A stretch of DNA of 64,000 bases from Azolla caroliniana (GCA_043228905.1 JBHGNT010000011.1:3720001-3784000); one strand, 5' to 3'; shown: positions 51,716-64,000, counted from the stretch's first letter. The notes: generated by a model from the sequence alone, not told the origin. Numbers and translations: made by a program.

Positions 51716-53120
51716 CCACCAGCTCCATTTTTTTACATGGTATCAGCATACCACGCGTTGAAGGTGATGCTACCACAGGCTCCGGTTGTGCAACCTTCGG
51801 ATTGGACCAAGGATTTTCATGTGTTCGTGGACGCGTCCGATGTAGCAATCGGTAGCGTTCTGATGTAGCTAACTGAACCTAGGTGGTACCGGCCGATGTA
51901 CTATGCCAGCCGGAAACTCTTGAAGGCTGAACGAAACTACTCTACGACGGAGAGAGAAGACCTAGGGATGATTTATAGTGTAACAAAGTACTTCGACTAC
52001 CTCCTAGGACAAAAAATTTCGTTCCATATGGATCATTCGGCGCTGCTAGCTTGGTCTCGAAGCATCCTTAACCGGGAAACAAGCACGATAGACATTGTTA
52101 CTACAGGAGTTTGAATTTTAGATATACCACCGGCCAGGAGTGCAACATGCAGTAGCCAACTATTTGAGCCGGTTAAAGTCCGGTGAAGTAAGAGACGGAG
52201 TCCGAAACGAGTTTCCGGATGCGTAGCTATTTAGGGTGACCGCGGAAAACACAGTAGACAAAACGGTGCCCGGTGACGATAAATGGCTCACTAACATGCA
52301 GCAGTTCCTGAGCACCGAACTACCTCTAGATGAATTGAACCGGGACAAACGGAAATGGTCAGCAGTCGAAAGCCGTCATTTTTTTGTATTACAAGACACG
52401 TTGTACCACGAGGGAGCCGACAGGATATGGCAACGTGCGGTCTGGAGCGACGAAAAGGACGCAATCTTATGGGAAGCCCATTGCGGAGTGGCGGGAGGCG
52501 CCACTATGTCGGGGACGCTACAGCACGACAAATTTGGAGAAGTGGATTATGGTGGCCAACAACCCTGAAAGACGTGATCCGGTATGCAAAGGAATGTGAT
52601 CTCTGTCAACAGTTAGGCCAACCCACAGAACAAGCACGGATGCCGCACCAACCGGTATTGTCATTGGATCCTTTTTAGAGATGGGGTTTGGATTTTGTAA
52701 GACCATTCAAGCCACCGGCAATGCGAACCGACAACCGGTATATTATTGTCGCGACCGATTATTGTACAAAGTGGGTAGAAGCCAAAGCTCTTCAAAACAA
52801 CACCACAGCATCAATAGCAAAATTTCTATATGAATACATTTGGTGTAGATACGGTTGCCCGATCGAGCTTATCAATGATCAGGGTGGTCATTTCCTCGGC
52901 CAGGTAGTGGAAAGCTTGACACCGTTCCACGTGGTTGTGCATAAACGGAGCACATTGTACTATCCACAGGCCAACGGGCCAGCGGAATCCACCAATAAGA
53001 CACCACAAAATATTCTCTGGAAGATTGTCAATGAAAACCGGACCTACTGGGACACAAAGTTACAAAGCGCGTTATGGGAATACTGGACGGCGTACAAAAC
53101 GAGTATTCGAACAACCCCGT

Positions 53121-53248
53121 TGTCGCGTTGTTACGCCCGCGCGTGGAGAAAGGCGGGACCACAGGGGGTCTTGGACTAGGGAGTGATGGAGCGTAGGAAG
53201 TCGTGCTTCACTGTTTCTGGGGTATCCCGGGGACACCTCGGAAGCAAC

Positions 53249-53285
<37 letters not shown>

Positions 53286-53896
53286 TGCTTAACACCGACT
53301 CACGCACACACACGCACACACACGCACACACAGCCCGACCCGACTCACGCCCTTATGTACAGGAAACGCAGGAAAGGGGGAGCACCCGGCACCAACATAG
53401 ACCCGAATATACACAGACAGACCGAAACATATATATATATGTATAAACAGAAGAATACAATCCCGGCTTCGACCCGAACTGGGGTAGGTTACAGTAGTTG
53501 TCTGTTGCCAAGCCGCTGTCGGGGAGCTCTCAGCTCGTCGCGCCGAGCGGGGTCTTGCACAGGAGGCCGAACCAAGCAAACCCTAAGCAAACACGCAGAA
53601 GGAGAAGAAGAAGAACCTAACTCTAAACCTAACGGTATACCCTCTAATGCAAAATGGGCAACCCCCTCACAAAGGCCGCTCCCTTCCTTTTATAGAACAA
53701 GGAGAGGGATGCGTTACAATGTGGGATAAAATCCCGACTTACATGGGATCGCCTGTCCCGACTTACATATTCTTCAGCACCATAAAGGCGCCCTCGATAT
53801 TCACACTAAATGTACATGGGTGCGTACACACGTTGCACCCCGCCGATGTAGCCAATGTTTCCCGGGTTTCGCCACTGGCCGAAATTCTTCACGACA
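53121..53896 (-). mobile_element. Solo LTR (776 bp) in the G1 integrase
   Basis: TGTCGCG...CACGACA; 4-bp TSD CCGT (53117-53120, 53897-53900). Minus start TGTCGTGAAGAATTTCGGCCA resembles the element H LTR. Confidence 0.88.
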
Positions 53897-54730
53897 CCGT
53901 TCCAGTTAGCGTTCGAGTTGGAAGCGGTAATGCCGATGGAATTCCAAATTCCCAGCTTAAGGATACAGGTTTGGGAACGGTTAAGCGACAAAAAATCGGA
54001 GAAAATCCGCCTGGCAACGTTGTGCAAGTGGGAAGAGCATCGGATAGCAAGTATCTTACAATTAGAACTTGAGCAACGACGAAGAAAAACTTTCGTGGAC
54101 CGGCATAGACGAGCGAATGAGAACGACTTTGGGATAGGCAAGCCCGTCTTAGTATTCCAGACCTGGATGGGCAAAATGTCGGGAAAGCTACGGTTCCGAT
54201 GGACCGGCCCATATTGGATAACAAGAGAATTCAAGGGCTCATACCAACTGGCACGCTAGCTGGTGAAGTGTTGGACAAGTGGGTGAACGGTTTCCAGTTA
54301 AAACTATACCGATGCCGGAAAATCCGTTCGAGCAACCAAGCCCAAATGGGGAAGAAGTAACTGTGGAACCTGCGTCGATAACGGAGTCGGTACCTTTAGC
54401 TATGATGAACCAGTAGCCAGTTAAAGTAATAAAAAAATCCAAAAAATTATGAAGGGCCACCACGAAAAGTTGTGACATGAGCCATTTAAAACACACCATG
54501 CAGCGTACACACATTATTATGGTAAACGACATGCATGCGCAGAAATCAAGAAAAGGCGGTTGTATAGAATGGAGGCACAAAACATCCGGTTAACAAAAGC
54601 ACTGTCATTTCGTGGAAACAAGATATTCAAAGAGCAGAGGCATGTACAAGTTTTCAAAAGAGCACAGGCGAGCACTAGCGGCAAGGAACTTCACCAGAGC
54701 AAAGAAAGCGAAGAAGAAGACACAAGACCA

Positions 54731-55483
54731 ATGGCTCTCTCCGACGCGGCGAAAGATTGGCTCAATAGATATGGATTGGAGGGATTCCTCCAGATAGCAG
54801 AGGCGCCACTGCATGCAAAACCGGAGAAGGTCGCGTTACAAATCAACCTCGAGGAGATCACAAAGGCCATGGTGTAGTCCCTTACCGGCCTACCAGAAGG
54901 AGGCCTCTACTCCATCGAGAACCCCTCCACTGAGACACTGACGGAGTACTTTGGCAAGTACTCCATAGCCAACAAAGCATATCGCACACAAGGCGGCGAT
55001 GACCCTCTTTTTTGGGAGGTGGCACGGGTGTTAATCGAATACGGATTTGTGCATCCTCGCCCATCGGCTATGCCTAAAAACAGAGCCGGTTTTATCATTG
55101 CAATGTACGAAGACGTGAAGGTGGACTAGCCGGTTATGGTGGCAAATTTCTTGCGGGCTTCCATTCACTCGGTTGTGGATGGGAAGAAGGCTTGGACCGC
55201 GGTGGCACAATGGCTCACCCTGCTGGTACCACCGCCACTAGCCATTCAAGCAAGAAAACGGGGTCGATCGGCAGAAACAACACCGGATAAACCGACGAAA
55301 CGGCAGCAGCTCCTCGCCAAGCACAACCCCGGTTAGACAAAAGCGGGCTCGTCTCAACAGGAAACAAAGCAATTGGGCCAGAAAAAGCCGGTGGAGAAAG
55401 TTGTGCCGGTAGAAAAGCTAGTGGAAAAGTTGGCCAAGCCCATCAAGATCAAGTTGCGCTGGCAAGACCGGGAGACAGACACC
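54731..55483 (+). pseudogene. Extra ORF of unknown function 3' of the Gypsy integrase
   Basis: About 250 codons in one frame, broken only by TAG codons at 54875, ~55126 and 55334. A homologous N-terminus occurs at 59242-59385. Confidence 0.65.
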
Positions 55484-55489
55484 TTGGCC

Positions 55490-58400
55490 CAATGATTGAG
55501 TCTCAATCTGGCCAAATGTGCATTTGGCGTAACAAGCGGCGCATTACTGGGAGATATAGTAAGCCAAGATGGAATAGGTCAATATACTACGCGAGTCGGA
55601 AACTCTCCACCGTGGAAAGAAACTACTCGACAACCGAGCGGGAGGCTCTTGGCATGATTTACAACATCAATAAATTCTAGCACTACCTATTGGGTCAGAA
55701 ATTTCCATTTCACATCGACCATTCAACGTTACTATATTTAATGACATAACAGGAACTCACAAGCAAATTGGCAAGATTGACATTGTTGCTTCAGGAATTC
55801 GAATTCGATATTCTTCATAGACCAAGGGTGCAGCATGTAATAGTCGATTACCTCAGTCGATTGGAGTCAGGGGAGGACCGAACTGGAGTTAAGGATGATT
55901 TTCCCGATGCTCAAATTTTTCGGGTCAACACAGTAGCAACCACAGAGATGGGTGAGGATATGGCGGATGCATGGATTACAAAAATAACAATTTTTCTTAG
56001 TACGGGGCTACCACCCAATAATATGTCACTTGATGAAAGGAAGCGATTAGTTGTACGAAGCCGGAAATTCTGTCTCCTAAACGACACACTATACCACAAA
56101 GGCATTGATGGCATATGGCGGCGTACGGTTCGGCAGTTTGAGAAGGAATTTTACTGGAAACCCATTGCGGTATAGTTGGTGGACATTATGCAGGAGAAGC
56201 TACGGCCAAGAAAATATGGAACAGTGGCTTGTGGTGGCCAACAACCACTAAGGATGCAGTCGAATATTGTAGGCAATGCGACTTGTGTCAACAAATCGAG
56301 CAACCGTCAGAAAAGGACAGGATACCTTTTCAACCAATATTACCCATAGTTCTAGCCATACGTCCCAAACATGCCATACTCATACGTGAATATTCATATC
56401 ATAATCATACGTGAAATGGCTCCAAGTATGATTGGAATCCATTCGTCTATATTTATATTATTATTTTATTACTCTAAAAAAAATTTAAATATGGAAAATA
56501 AAAAATAAACAAGATTTTTATAGATAGAAGTCAAGAGTCAAGACCATAAATTCATTGAAAACTAACAAAGTAGCATCCAAAGTTCTAAACATGAAAAAAA
56601 ATTTATCCAAAGTTCAAACATGAACATTAATCTAGAAAGTAGCTCTAAATTCATAGTACTAATAGTTAATCTCATCTCCCTGCTCTTGAGTTGCATTGTC
56701 AATGTTAACATCTTGCCCATCATCATCATGATCTTCAAAATCCTCATTAACCATAGTTGCATGTTGTCTTTGCAATAGCAAAAGGCTATAACAAAACATA
56801 AGAAAACTACAATTACATTAATTTAATAAAACTACAATCACATAGTTGGTATGACGAGCACTTGATTCATTGTTCTTGATTTCAGTTATTTCCTTTTGAA
56901 GTGCTTTTCCTTCTCGGAGTTTATTAAGTTCTATTCGATTGCGCGCAACCTTGATTCAATGTAATTCATTTCTATGTCACTTTCTATGTTACTTTCTATC
57001 TTATGTTTCAAATTTCAATATCAAGAATTTCTATGGCGGAATGCCAAAAGGTTCAAGGGTGGTGGATTTACATCAACACAACAGCTCATGTTTTTAATCC
57101 TCCTCAAGGCATATATTTAGATGAAAAACGTGAACAACTAGTTAAATTCTCTACATTATTACAAATTCTATACAGCCAAGAGGTATCACTTTTCAGCACA
57201 TTAAGACCTTCTCAATACCATGCAAGACAAACCTAAGACAAATATGCATCATGCAAACTGTTGTTTCTCTTCCTCTTTCAATTATTCAATTAAAAAAACC
57301 GAAAAAATGGGTAGGGAAGGGGCGGGGAAGGGCGGCATGTCTGGTTTTCTTATCCCTTCCCTTGCATCCATTATTTCATGCATTTGCAGTATATACAGCC
57401 TCACATTAAAGCTTATTTGCGCATACATACATCCATAATTCCATAATCCATTTAGTGTTTTATGAGTTCTTCGATTTTTGTTAGGATTTTGAGGGTTTTT
57501 TTCCCAAAAATGGGTTTTAGGGTTTTGATCTCATGTTATCATTGATCAATGGACATTGGAAACACACGATTTAACAGTTGTATAGACATTAGAAATACAT
57601 GAATTTAACAACAATTTACCTGGTAAGGCGGCAGGCTATAGGCGGGTGAGCACTGAGCACTGAGGAATTAGGAATTGAGAATCAGTTGTTCATTTCCTCC
57701 TTCACAAAAATCTGATTCTCACGAATTTCTCCTCACTACTCACTCTCAATTCTCAACTCTCAGACTCTCCGTTATGAACAGTCATGAAAACCAGTCTTCA
57801 AAAAAAAAAAAACCAAAAAGAAAAAAAAAACAAACGAATATCGTGTACGTTCGCATACGACCACTAAATTGGACATACACAAATATTAGGAACTATGGTA
57901 TTACCTTTAGAACCTTTCCAAAAATGGGGCTTGGACTTTGTCGGTCCATTTAAGCCAGTTGTTATCAAGACCGGAAATCGTTATATTATAGTAGCTACAA
58001 ACTATTGTACAAAATGGGTCGAAGCTAAACCCTTACGGGATAACACGGCAGCGTCAACAGCAAAATTTCTGTACGAAAACATATGATGTCAGTTCAACTG
58101 TCCGATCAAATTAGTTAGTGATCAAGGTACTCATGTCATAAATAATATATGAATTATCTACATATTATGCAGTAGTACACAAAAAGAGCACTCTGTACTA
58201 CCCTCAGCCCAATGGATTGGTAGAATCAACGAACAAAACCTTACATAGATTTTCAGAAAGATAGTGAATGAAAACAGAACTTATTGGGATCAGAAATTAA
58301 ATAGTGTGTTCTGGGCCTATCCAACTTTATGTAAAACGGTCATCAAATCAACTCCATTCATAATAGTTTCAGGTTAGAAGTTGTAATGCCAATAGAATTT

Positions 58401-59390
58401 CAGGTTCTGCCATTACGAGTACAAGTCACCAAAAGACTAGACGAAGAATAGTTGAAAAGAGTTCGGAAAGAACAACTGCTCGTTTTGGAAGAAAGTAGGT
58501 TGCAGGCTATGTGTGCACTTGACCAGAAACAACGCCAAAGAACGGCGTTCGTAGACAAACACCAGAAAGAAAAAGAAAAGATGTTCGTGATTGGTAAGCC
58601 AGTACTAGTCTTTCAAACGAAGATGAGTTTTATGCCCAGAAAACTCCGATTTTGGTAGACAAGTCCATTTTGCATAGTCGACAACAAGAATGGCACATAT
58701 CAGGTCGGCGCACTCTTAGGTGAAATTATGCCGAAATGGGTAAATGGTTTTCGGTTAAAACCCTACAGAGGATTAATGCTGAAAAACCCATTTCAAGTAG
58801 TGGACGATTCCGACACACCGCGACGTGGCACGGTCACGAATGTAAATAGTATTATAAAAAATAAAAACAAAAATAAAACTTTAACAGAAAATTAGTCTTG
58901 GCAAAGCTATAACAGAAAAAAACATCATGACTTCTTGGTGTCGTCTTTTTCAAACTATATATGGACAAGCCACAAAATCATGCATTATTAATTACAAGTG
59001 GTGGAGCTATTATTACTATATCTGTACTAGCACTATCATAAATAGAATATTGTCATAAATAGTATATTCTCTTTGCCTCAAAAAAATGAACCGTCTATTC
59101 CCTCAAAACCCTACCTCTTCACTTTCTCTGTCACAACAGCAGAAAAAGTTTCGAGAGCCCAAATTTTCTTCGTCTTCTCTCTACACACAAAAATCAGAAG
59201 TTCCATCGCTCACTAGTTCCGACTTATATCAAGAAGACAACATGTTGGTTCAAGTATCAGACGAACTGCGACAGTGGCTGCGCAACAAGAGATTGGACGG
59301 ATACCTAGAGGTTGCAAATTCCAAACCCCACCCACGCGCCACATAAATCATCCAACAAATCAACATAACTAAGATAACCAACAAATAGGT
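55490..59390 (+). mobile_element. Second G1-family Gypsy fragment (RNase H, integrase, start of extra ORF) interrupted by a hAT element
   Basis: YYASRKLSTVERNYSTTERE, LQEFEFDI; FQP(I/V)LP|[14 protein letters not shown] rejoins across the insertion. Confidence 0.85.
56345..57897. mobile_element. Non-autonomous hAT-type DNA transposon (1553 bp)
   Basis: Terminal inverted repeats CATAGTTC/GAACTATG; 8-bp TSD ATATTACC/GTATTACC (one mismatch); subterminal CATAC(G) motifs at both ends; acidic tail-like coding remnant on minus near 56670-56790. Confidence 0.78.
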
Positions 59391-59399
59391 ACGTCGAAT

Positions 59400-60397
59400 T
59401 CTTAATTTGAGGAGAGAAGGGTTTGATGCTCACCGATCTAGCCCATGTTGAGCTTGCTCCTCAACACTCCCCATCAACCTCAACTTGAGGTTCCTCTTGC
59501 TCTACCGGTTCTATCTTCTGGCTCCTCCTGGCCTCTTCACGCCTTGCTCACGCTCCTCGTCCGATCTAGTCTCGCGTTCCACGACTCTTTTGGTCGCTTC
59601 TTGACCCATCTAATTCCACACTCCTCAACGCCTACGGTCAACTTGTCCGCCCTTTAGGCCCTTCTTTGCTCCCTCGTTGTCGTGGCATTGGCCCCCCTTC
59701 GCCCATCCGCTCCTTTGTTTCGGTGTCAGCTTCGACCACCCTCTTATTCGCCTGACCTTCATATGATTCGGCTCTCCCAAATCAAACTTCTCGACTGAAT
59801 CGGTTGTCTCTGATTCGTCTTCTATCTTGCCTTTGACCACATCTACCCACGTCCTGGTCCTAGCCTTCTCCTTTCAGTTAGCTCTATTCTTCTTGACTCT
59901 AGTGCCTCCACCGGCTCTTCCGGATGTTTCGACTTCTTCAGTCAATTCGGCATCTTCTTCAACTCTCTCCTTACCTTCGGCTTTAACTAGTTGGTTACTT
60001 TTGTTCTCCTCTCCAATTGTTCCACCTGTTGTTCTCCCCATCAAGTGTGGCACATCAAGATGTTGTAGCCCAAACAACTCTGAAAAGTGCTGCAACTTGT
60101 CCAGTCCAAGAGCCTTGGTGAAAATGTCAGCAACCTGCCGATCGGTGTGAATATACCAGAGTTCGACTTCACCACTTAGGACCCGCTTGCGCACAAAGTG
60201 GTAATGCACTTCTATGTGCTTCGTACGAGCATGGAATATCGGGTTCTTCGCTAGTCGCATGCTATTGAGGTTGTCACAATAGATCAGAATTGGAGTGGGA
60301 ACTTCGATTTTCAAATCTTGCAGCAGCTGCTTGAGCCATATAGCCTCACATGTTGCGATAGTGGCTCCTCTATACTCAGCTTTGACGCTTGACAAGG
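59400..60397 (-). mobile_element. A-family Copia 3' end (RNase H, long 3' UTR, PPT, LTR start)
   Basis: AEYRGATIATCEAIWL...HARTKHIEVHYHF...ADIFTK; PPT followed by TGTTGAGGAGCAAGCTCAACA on minus at 59466-59446. Confidence 0.85.
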
Positions 60398-60830
60398 TGT
60401 CGTGACTTGAGAGTAGGAGAGAGAAAGATAAAAAGATGATGATAGAAGGTATAGAGAGAGAGCAAGAGAAAGAACAGTAGGAACGGAAAAGAGTTTATAT
60501 TATAAGAGAACAAAGGTTACAAAGAGTAGGCTAAGGGGTTGAAGATTGGTGTTGAACCAAATGAGTTGTAATGAATGAATAGACACCTATTTATAGGTCC
60601 TTATGGAGTATTCTAGAATTTTCTAGAATATTTTAGATATTTATGATATTTAATATAATCATGGAATATTCTAGAATGGTCCAGAATACTCTAAATTATA
60701 ATTATTATGACTATACATCATATGCATGTTATTGTAATGATTAAAGGTCTAACACATAGACCAAGATGTTGTGGGTTTGAATCCTTATAAGCCAAAATGT
60801 ATGTCTTCATGACATTATCCCCCCCTTTTT
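60398..60830 (-). mobile_element. 3' LTR (60398-60814) and PPT of a probable Gypsy element
   Basis: TGTCGTGA...TCATGACA; PPT AAAAGGGGGGGATAA on minus directly before TGTCATGAAGA; TATA (CTATAAAT) on minus near 60590. Confidence 0.75.
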
Positions 60831-60966
60831 ACGACGAGTTCCACAAATCGAAAGACAAGATTTTGGACTTGGCTTTATGGGGATATTTGTTGTGAAATGA
60901 AACAACCATGTCGAAGGCATTAGCAAGATTCTTGGGAGGCTCCCATGTCAGTTTTCTTGTTTTCTA

Positions 60967-61012
<46 letters not shown>

Positions 61013-61981
61013 TACTCATACACATATCTATTCCACTACACTGAATCACCTATCTGATTCTTACAAAAAGCATCCATTCGCGATTACCATGCCAAATCAA
61101 AGTTGTTCAAAGAATTTTCGATTGCAAATTTGGGTCCTCCATCTTATTTTCGAGGTTTACAAATTACATGTAATCATAATCTAGGAGCCCTTAATATTCA
61201 TCAAAATAAATTCATTCATAAAATTTTGAACTAATTTGCTAGGTTAAACATTAAGCCTCATTGATCTACTATTGATTTTTCTTTTATCATGTTAGGAGCA
61301 ACAATCACATGCTATAAAAAATAACATTAATTTGTGACATCCTTCTACAAACGCTGACATTATAGCATTACCATTGGCCATTGAGGGATCACGATTGCAA
61401 ACTCTACTAAAGGAACTCGAAATATGCAAACCACTACAATCAAAGAACATCTATGATAATATATTGCGTATCTTGAATACAAAGCACTTCATAATACAAT
61501 TGATCAAAGGAATCAAGTAGAGTTTACGCTAGAGTTTACATCTACAAATCATGTGTGTTGATTAGGGTGTGTTGGTTAGGAACCGAGTAGTCTCTACATT
61601 GCGACAAGTTTGAAGCCTATTGTGAAAATTTACATATCCAATTATTAACAAACTAATTAGGTTATGGGGGGGTTTTGAAATAAACCAATTCAAATTAAAA
61701 TATAAATATGAAATGCACACCACCAATGATAATGTTCAACCACGACATATTAATAACCATCTTAAAACTAGACCTTATGAGACAATAAATATTCTCTCTC
61801 TCTCTCTCTCTAAATGAGATTCCTTTGTCAATGAGGTTTTTTTGCAACGCCAATGTATCATGACATGAGAGAAGTGTGGTGTCTCACCCTTCACACATTG
61901 TATTAAACATGTTGAACCTAATTACAAAACTATACTCTTCGCCAAACAAGGAAACCATACACATCGATACATGTTAGAGCC

Positions 61982-62485
61982 CATCCCTTTGTCTACCATT
62001 TGAACCATTGCTTTCATATGACTTAGTTCACACGCATTGCGATGTGCGACAAGGCGTTGGGGCACAAGTGATGAGTGGTCTCTGTCGCACAATTTGCTCA
62101 AAACGAGTTCGGGAGTCTGAGTATCACACTTTGATATAGTGCTTTGCCTTTGATCATATTCGACTATGTCCACACATCTTCAAGAAAACCAAATCCTTGC
62201 ACAAATTTCTCTAACAATCACAATGTGCACTCTCATCCCTTTGTCTACCATTTGAACCATTGCTTTCATATGACTTAGTTCACACGCATTGCGATGTGCG
62301 ACAAGGCGTTGGGGCACAAGTGATGAGTGGTCTCTGTCGCACAATTTGCTCAAAACGAGTTCGGGAGTCTGAGTATCACACTTTGATATAGTGCTTTGCC
62401 TTTGATCATATTCGACTATGTCCACACATCTTCAAGAAAACCAAATCCTTGCACAAATTTCTCTAACAATCACAATGTGCACTCT
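61982..62485. repeat. Direct tandem duplication, 2 x 252 bp
   Basis: 61982-62233 matches 62234-62485 with no difference seen; identical translated ORFs are offset by 252. Confidence 0.92.
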
Positions 62486-62489
62486 CAAT

Positions 62490-64000
62490 TGCAACATTCA
62501 TCTGTATGTAAAGTTCTTTAATGAGTATCACTACTCACTTTCACATGTATTACTTGAAATGTAATGTTTTCGATCACATAGGTCATATTTGACCTCCAAA
62601 AACAGCAATAGAATCTCTTCCATATTTCCATCAAAGAAAAATTTCAACTATAATCTATGCCTTCTTATCACGATTGCTTCTTTTTTATGGTAAACCCATT
62701 TACACCCAATAGTCTTTCTTCTTTTACTTTCGTTCCATCAGTGCCATATATGTCTCTTTCACCATCACTAATTACTACTTGTCAAAGTTGGCTAATAGAG
62801 TAGCCTCTACAAACCTGATGTAGTTTTGCCATCATGAATTAAGCGAAAGGTACCATACTACAGGGTATCTTTGGTTCTCTAAAGTCTTTCTCTACCTATG
62901 GCCATAAAAGTAAGGCTCTTCTTCATGCTTTTGTTCAGCTCGAGCTTGACCTATTCAAGTGTGCATCTCTATGAACTCCATCTTAATGGCTGACCTAATT
63001 ACTTCATCATGGCTGGCCTAAGTGCTTGATCCAAAATCTGCTCATACGCTTCTTTCTCCAACGTTTTATCTTCATTAAATGCAACATCATAACTCATAAA
63101 CTTCGATGATCCCAAATTCCGGAAACACATACAATTTTAAACATTTGAGGTATTTAGGGAAGGTGCATTGTTTGAACTTTGCATGTACTAAACTCCAAAC
63201 CTGAAAATGTGAAATCTGGTATAATCAACTGACTAACCTTCATCTCTAAGGCTAAACAATATGCAACATTACCCACACATGTGAGAGATGGCACTTGCTC
63301 ACACAAACACACTATAATCACTCCCCATGGTCAGCACTAAATTTTAGAATTGCTTAGGTTCAGACATGAAGGTTATCCTGTCGACCAACTATTGTCTACA
63401 TTCAATCAACTTACCATAGACCTCTTGACAAATTGTTCTCTTGCCCTAAAGCTCTCTAATTACTCTCTTAAGGCTTGCCTCTAATTATTCTACATAACAT
63501 CTCCTATTAAACCCTACAAATCTCCCTGTAAACCTCCCCCCATTTATATGCATTATGTAGTTTGCATTCCAATTTAGATTTTTATTTTTTCAAGTTGTGT
63601 TAGCTGCAAATTCCATCAAAAGAAACAAATCCCTATATACAATTTACAAATAATATGTTCAGACTAAAGCTTAAAGTGTAACAGTAGCTACATTCAACAC
63701 CTTGTTCACACAGAGGCAAGTTTTTGTCACTCATTTCAATTAGGAAATTATATTAGGGAGGACGATCAAGGGAAGTGAACACGAACTAGGCATGTACAAG
63801 GAGGTAAAAGAATCAAACCGATCAGAGGCCTCCTTACGTCCATTTTGCCGATCGATCCTCCATGTCCTGGTGTTTAGAGTAATATGCAGTTGTGACGGTA
63901 TCCACAGAAACCTGGCCTTCAATACAAATATTCATCGAGAACATTTCCCTCATTTGTAGTACTTCGTTTCAAAAAACAGTGCAAAATGTTTGCAAGTGAA
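62490..64000 (-). pseudogene. Very degenerate Copia-like pol remnant
   Basis: Weak integrase C-terminal-like traces only (SYDVAFNED near 63065-63095; DTVTTAYY near 63875-63900). Confidence 0.35.

Larger units (their letters stand above)
40585..55485 (+). mobile_element. Ty3/Gypsy element G1 (RT-RNase H-integrase-extra ORF) split by Copia C, Copia D and a solo LTR
   Basis: RT FLDGFSGYNQI...FLDDF (40860-41429); EHLDHLR|MCLEKC rejoins across C; RNase H VDASDVAIG (51745-52150); integrase (52400-53120, 53897-54330) rejoins as TTP|FQLA. Confidence 0.88.

Noticed and set aside
63740-63922. Host gene exon at the window end
   Set aside because: Short, with no recognisable domain or splice support; another frame weakly resembles Copia integrase.

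Overview
This window is a gene-free, repeat-saturated stretch of plant-type eukaryotic DNA. The element families look to me like those of seed-free land plants such as ferns, but that is inference. It is a pile-up of nested LTR retrotransposons. Ty1/Copia: four insertions retain both LTRs (B 3406-8936 +, TSD CTCGC; C 41430-46850 -, TSD CGAAT; E 13955-19050 -, TSD TTACT; D 47138-51715 +, no TSD), and an older host copy A (<1-9843 -) runs off the left edge. Ty3/Gypsy: several decayed elements, including a chromodomain-bearing chromovirus, a DHG-protease family and a family with an extra 3' ORF. There are also four solo LTRs with TSDs, a non-autonomous hAT-type element (56345-57897) and a decayed Sola-like DDE transposase split by Copia E. 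No intact host gene, rRNA or CRISPR array is supported. The most unusual observation is that LTRs starting TGTC(G/A)TGAAGA carry tRNA-shaped A-box/B-box (RNA polymerase III promoter-like) modules with canonical tRNA spacing: three in the solo LTR at 1354-2236 and a degenerate one in the LTR at 60398-60814. All comparisons were made by eye, without alignment software or database searches.
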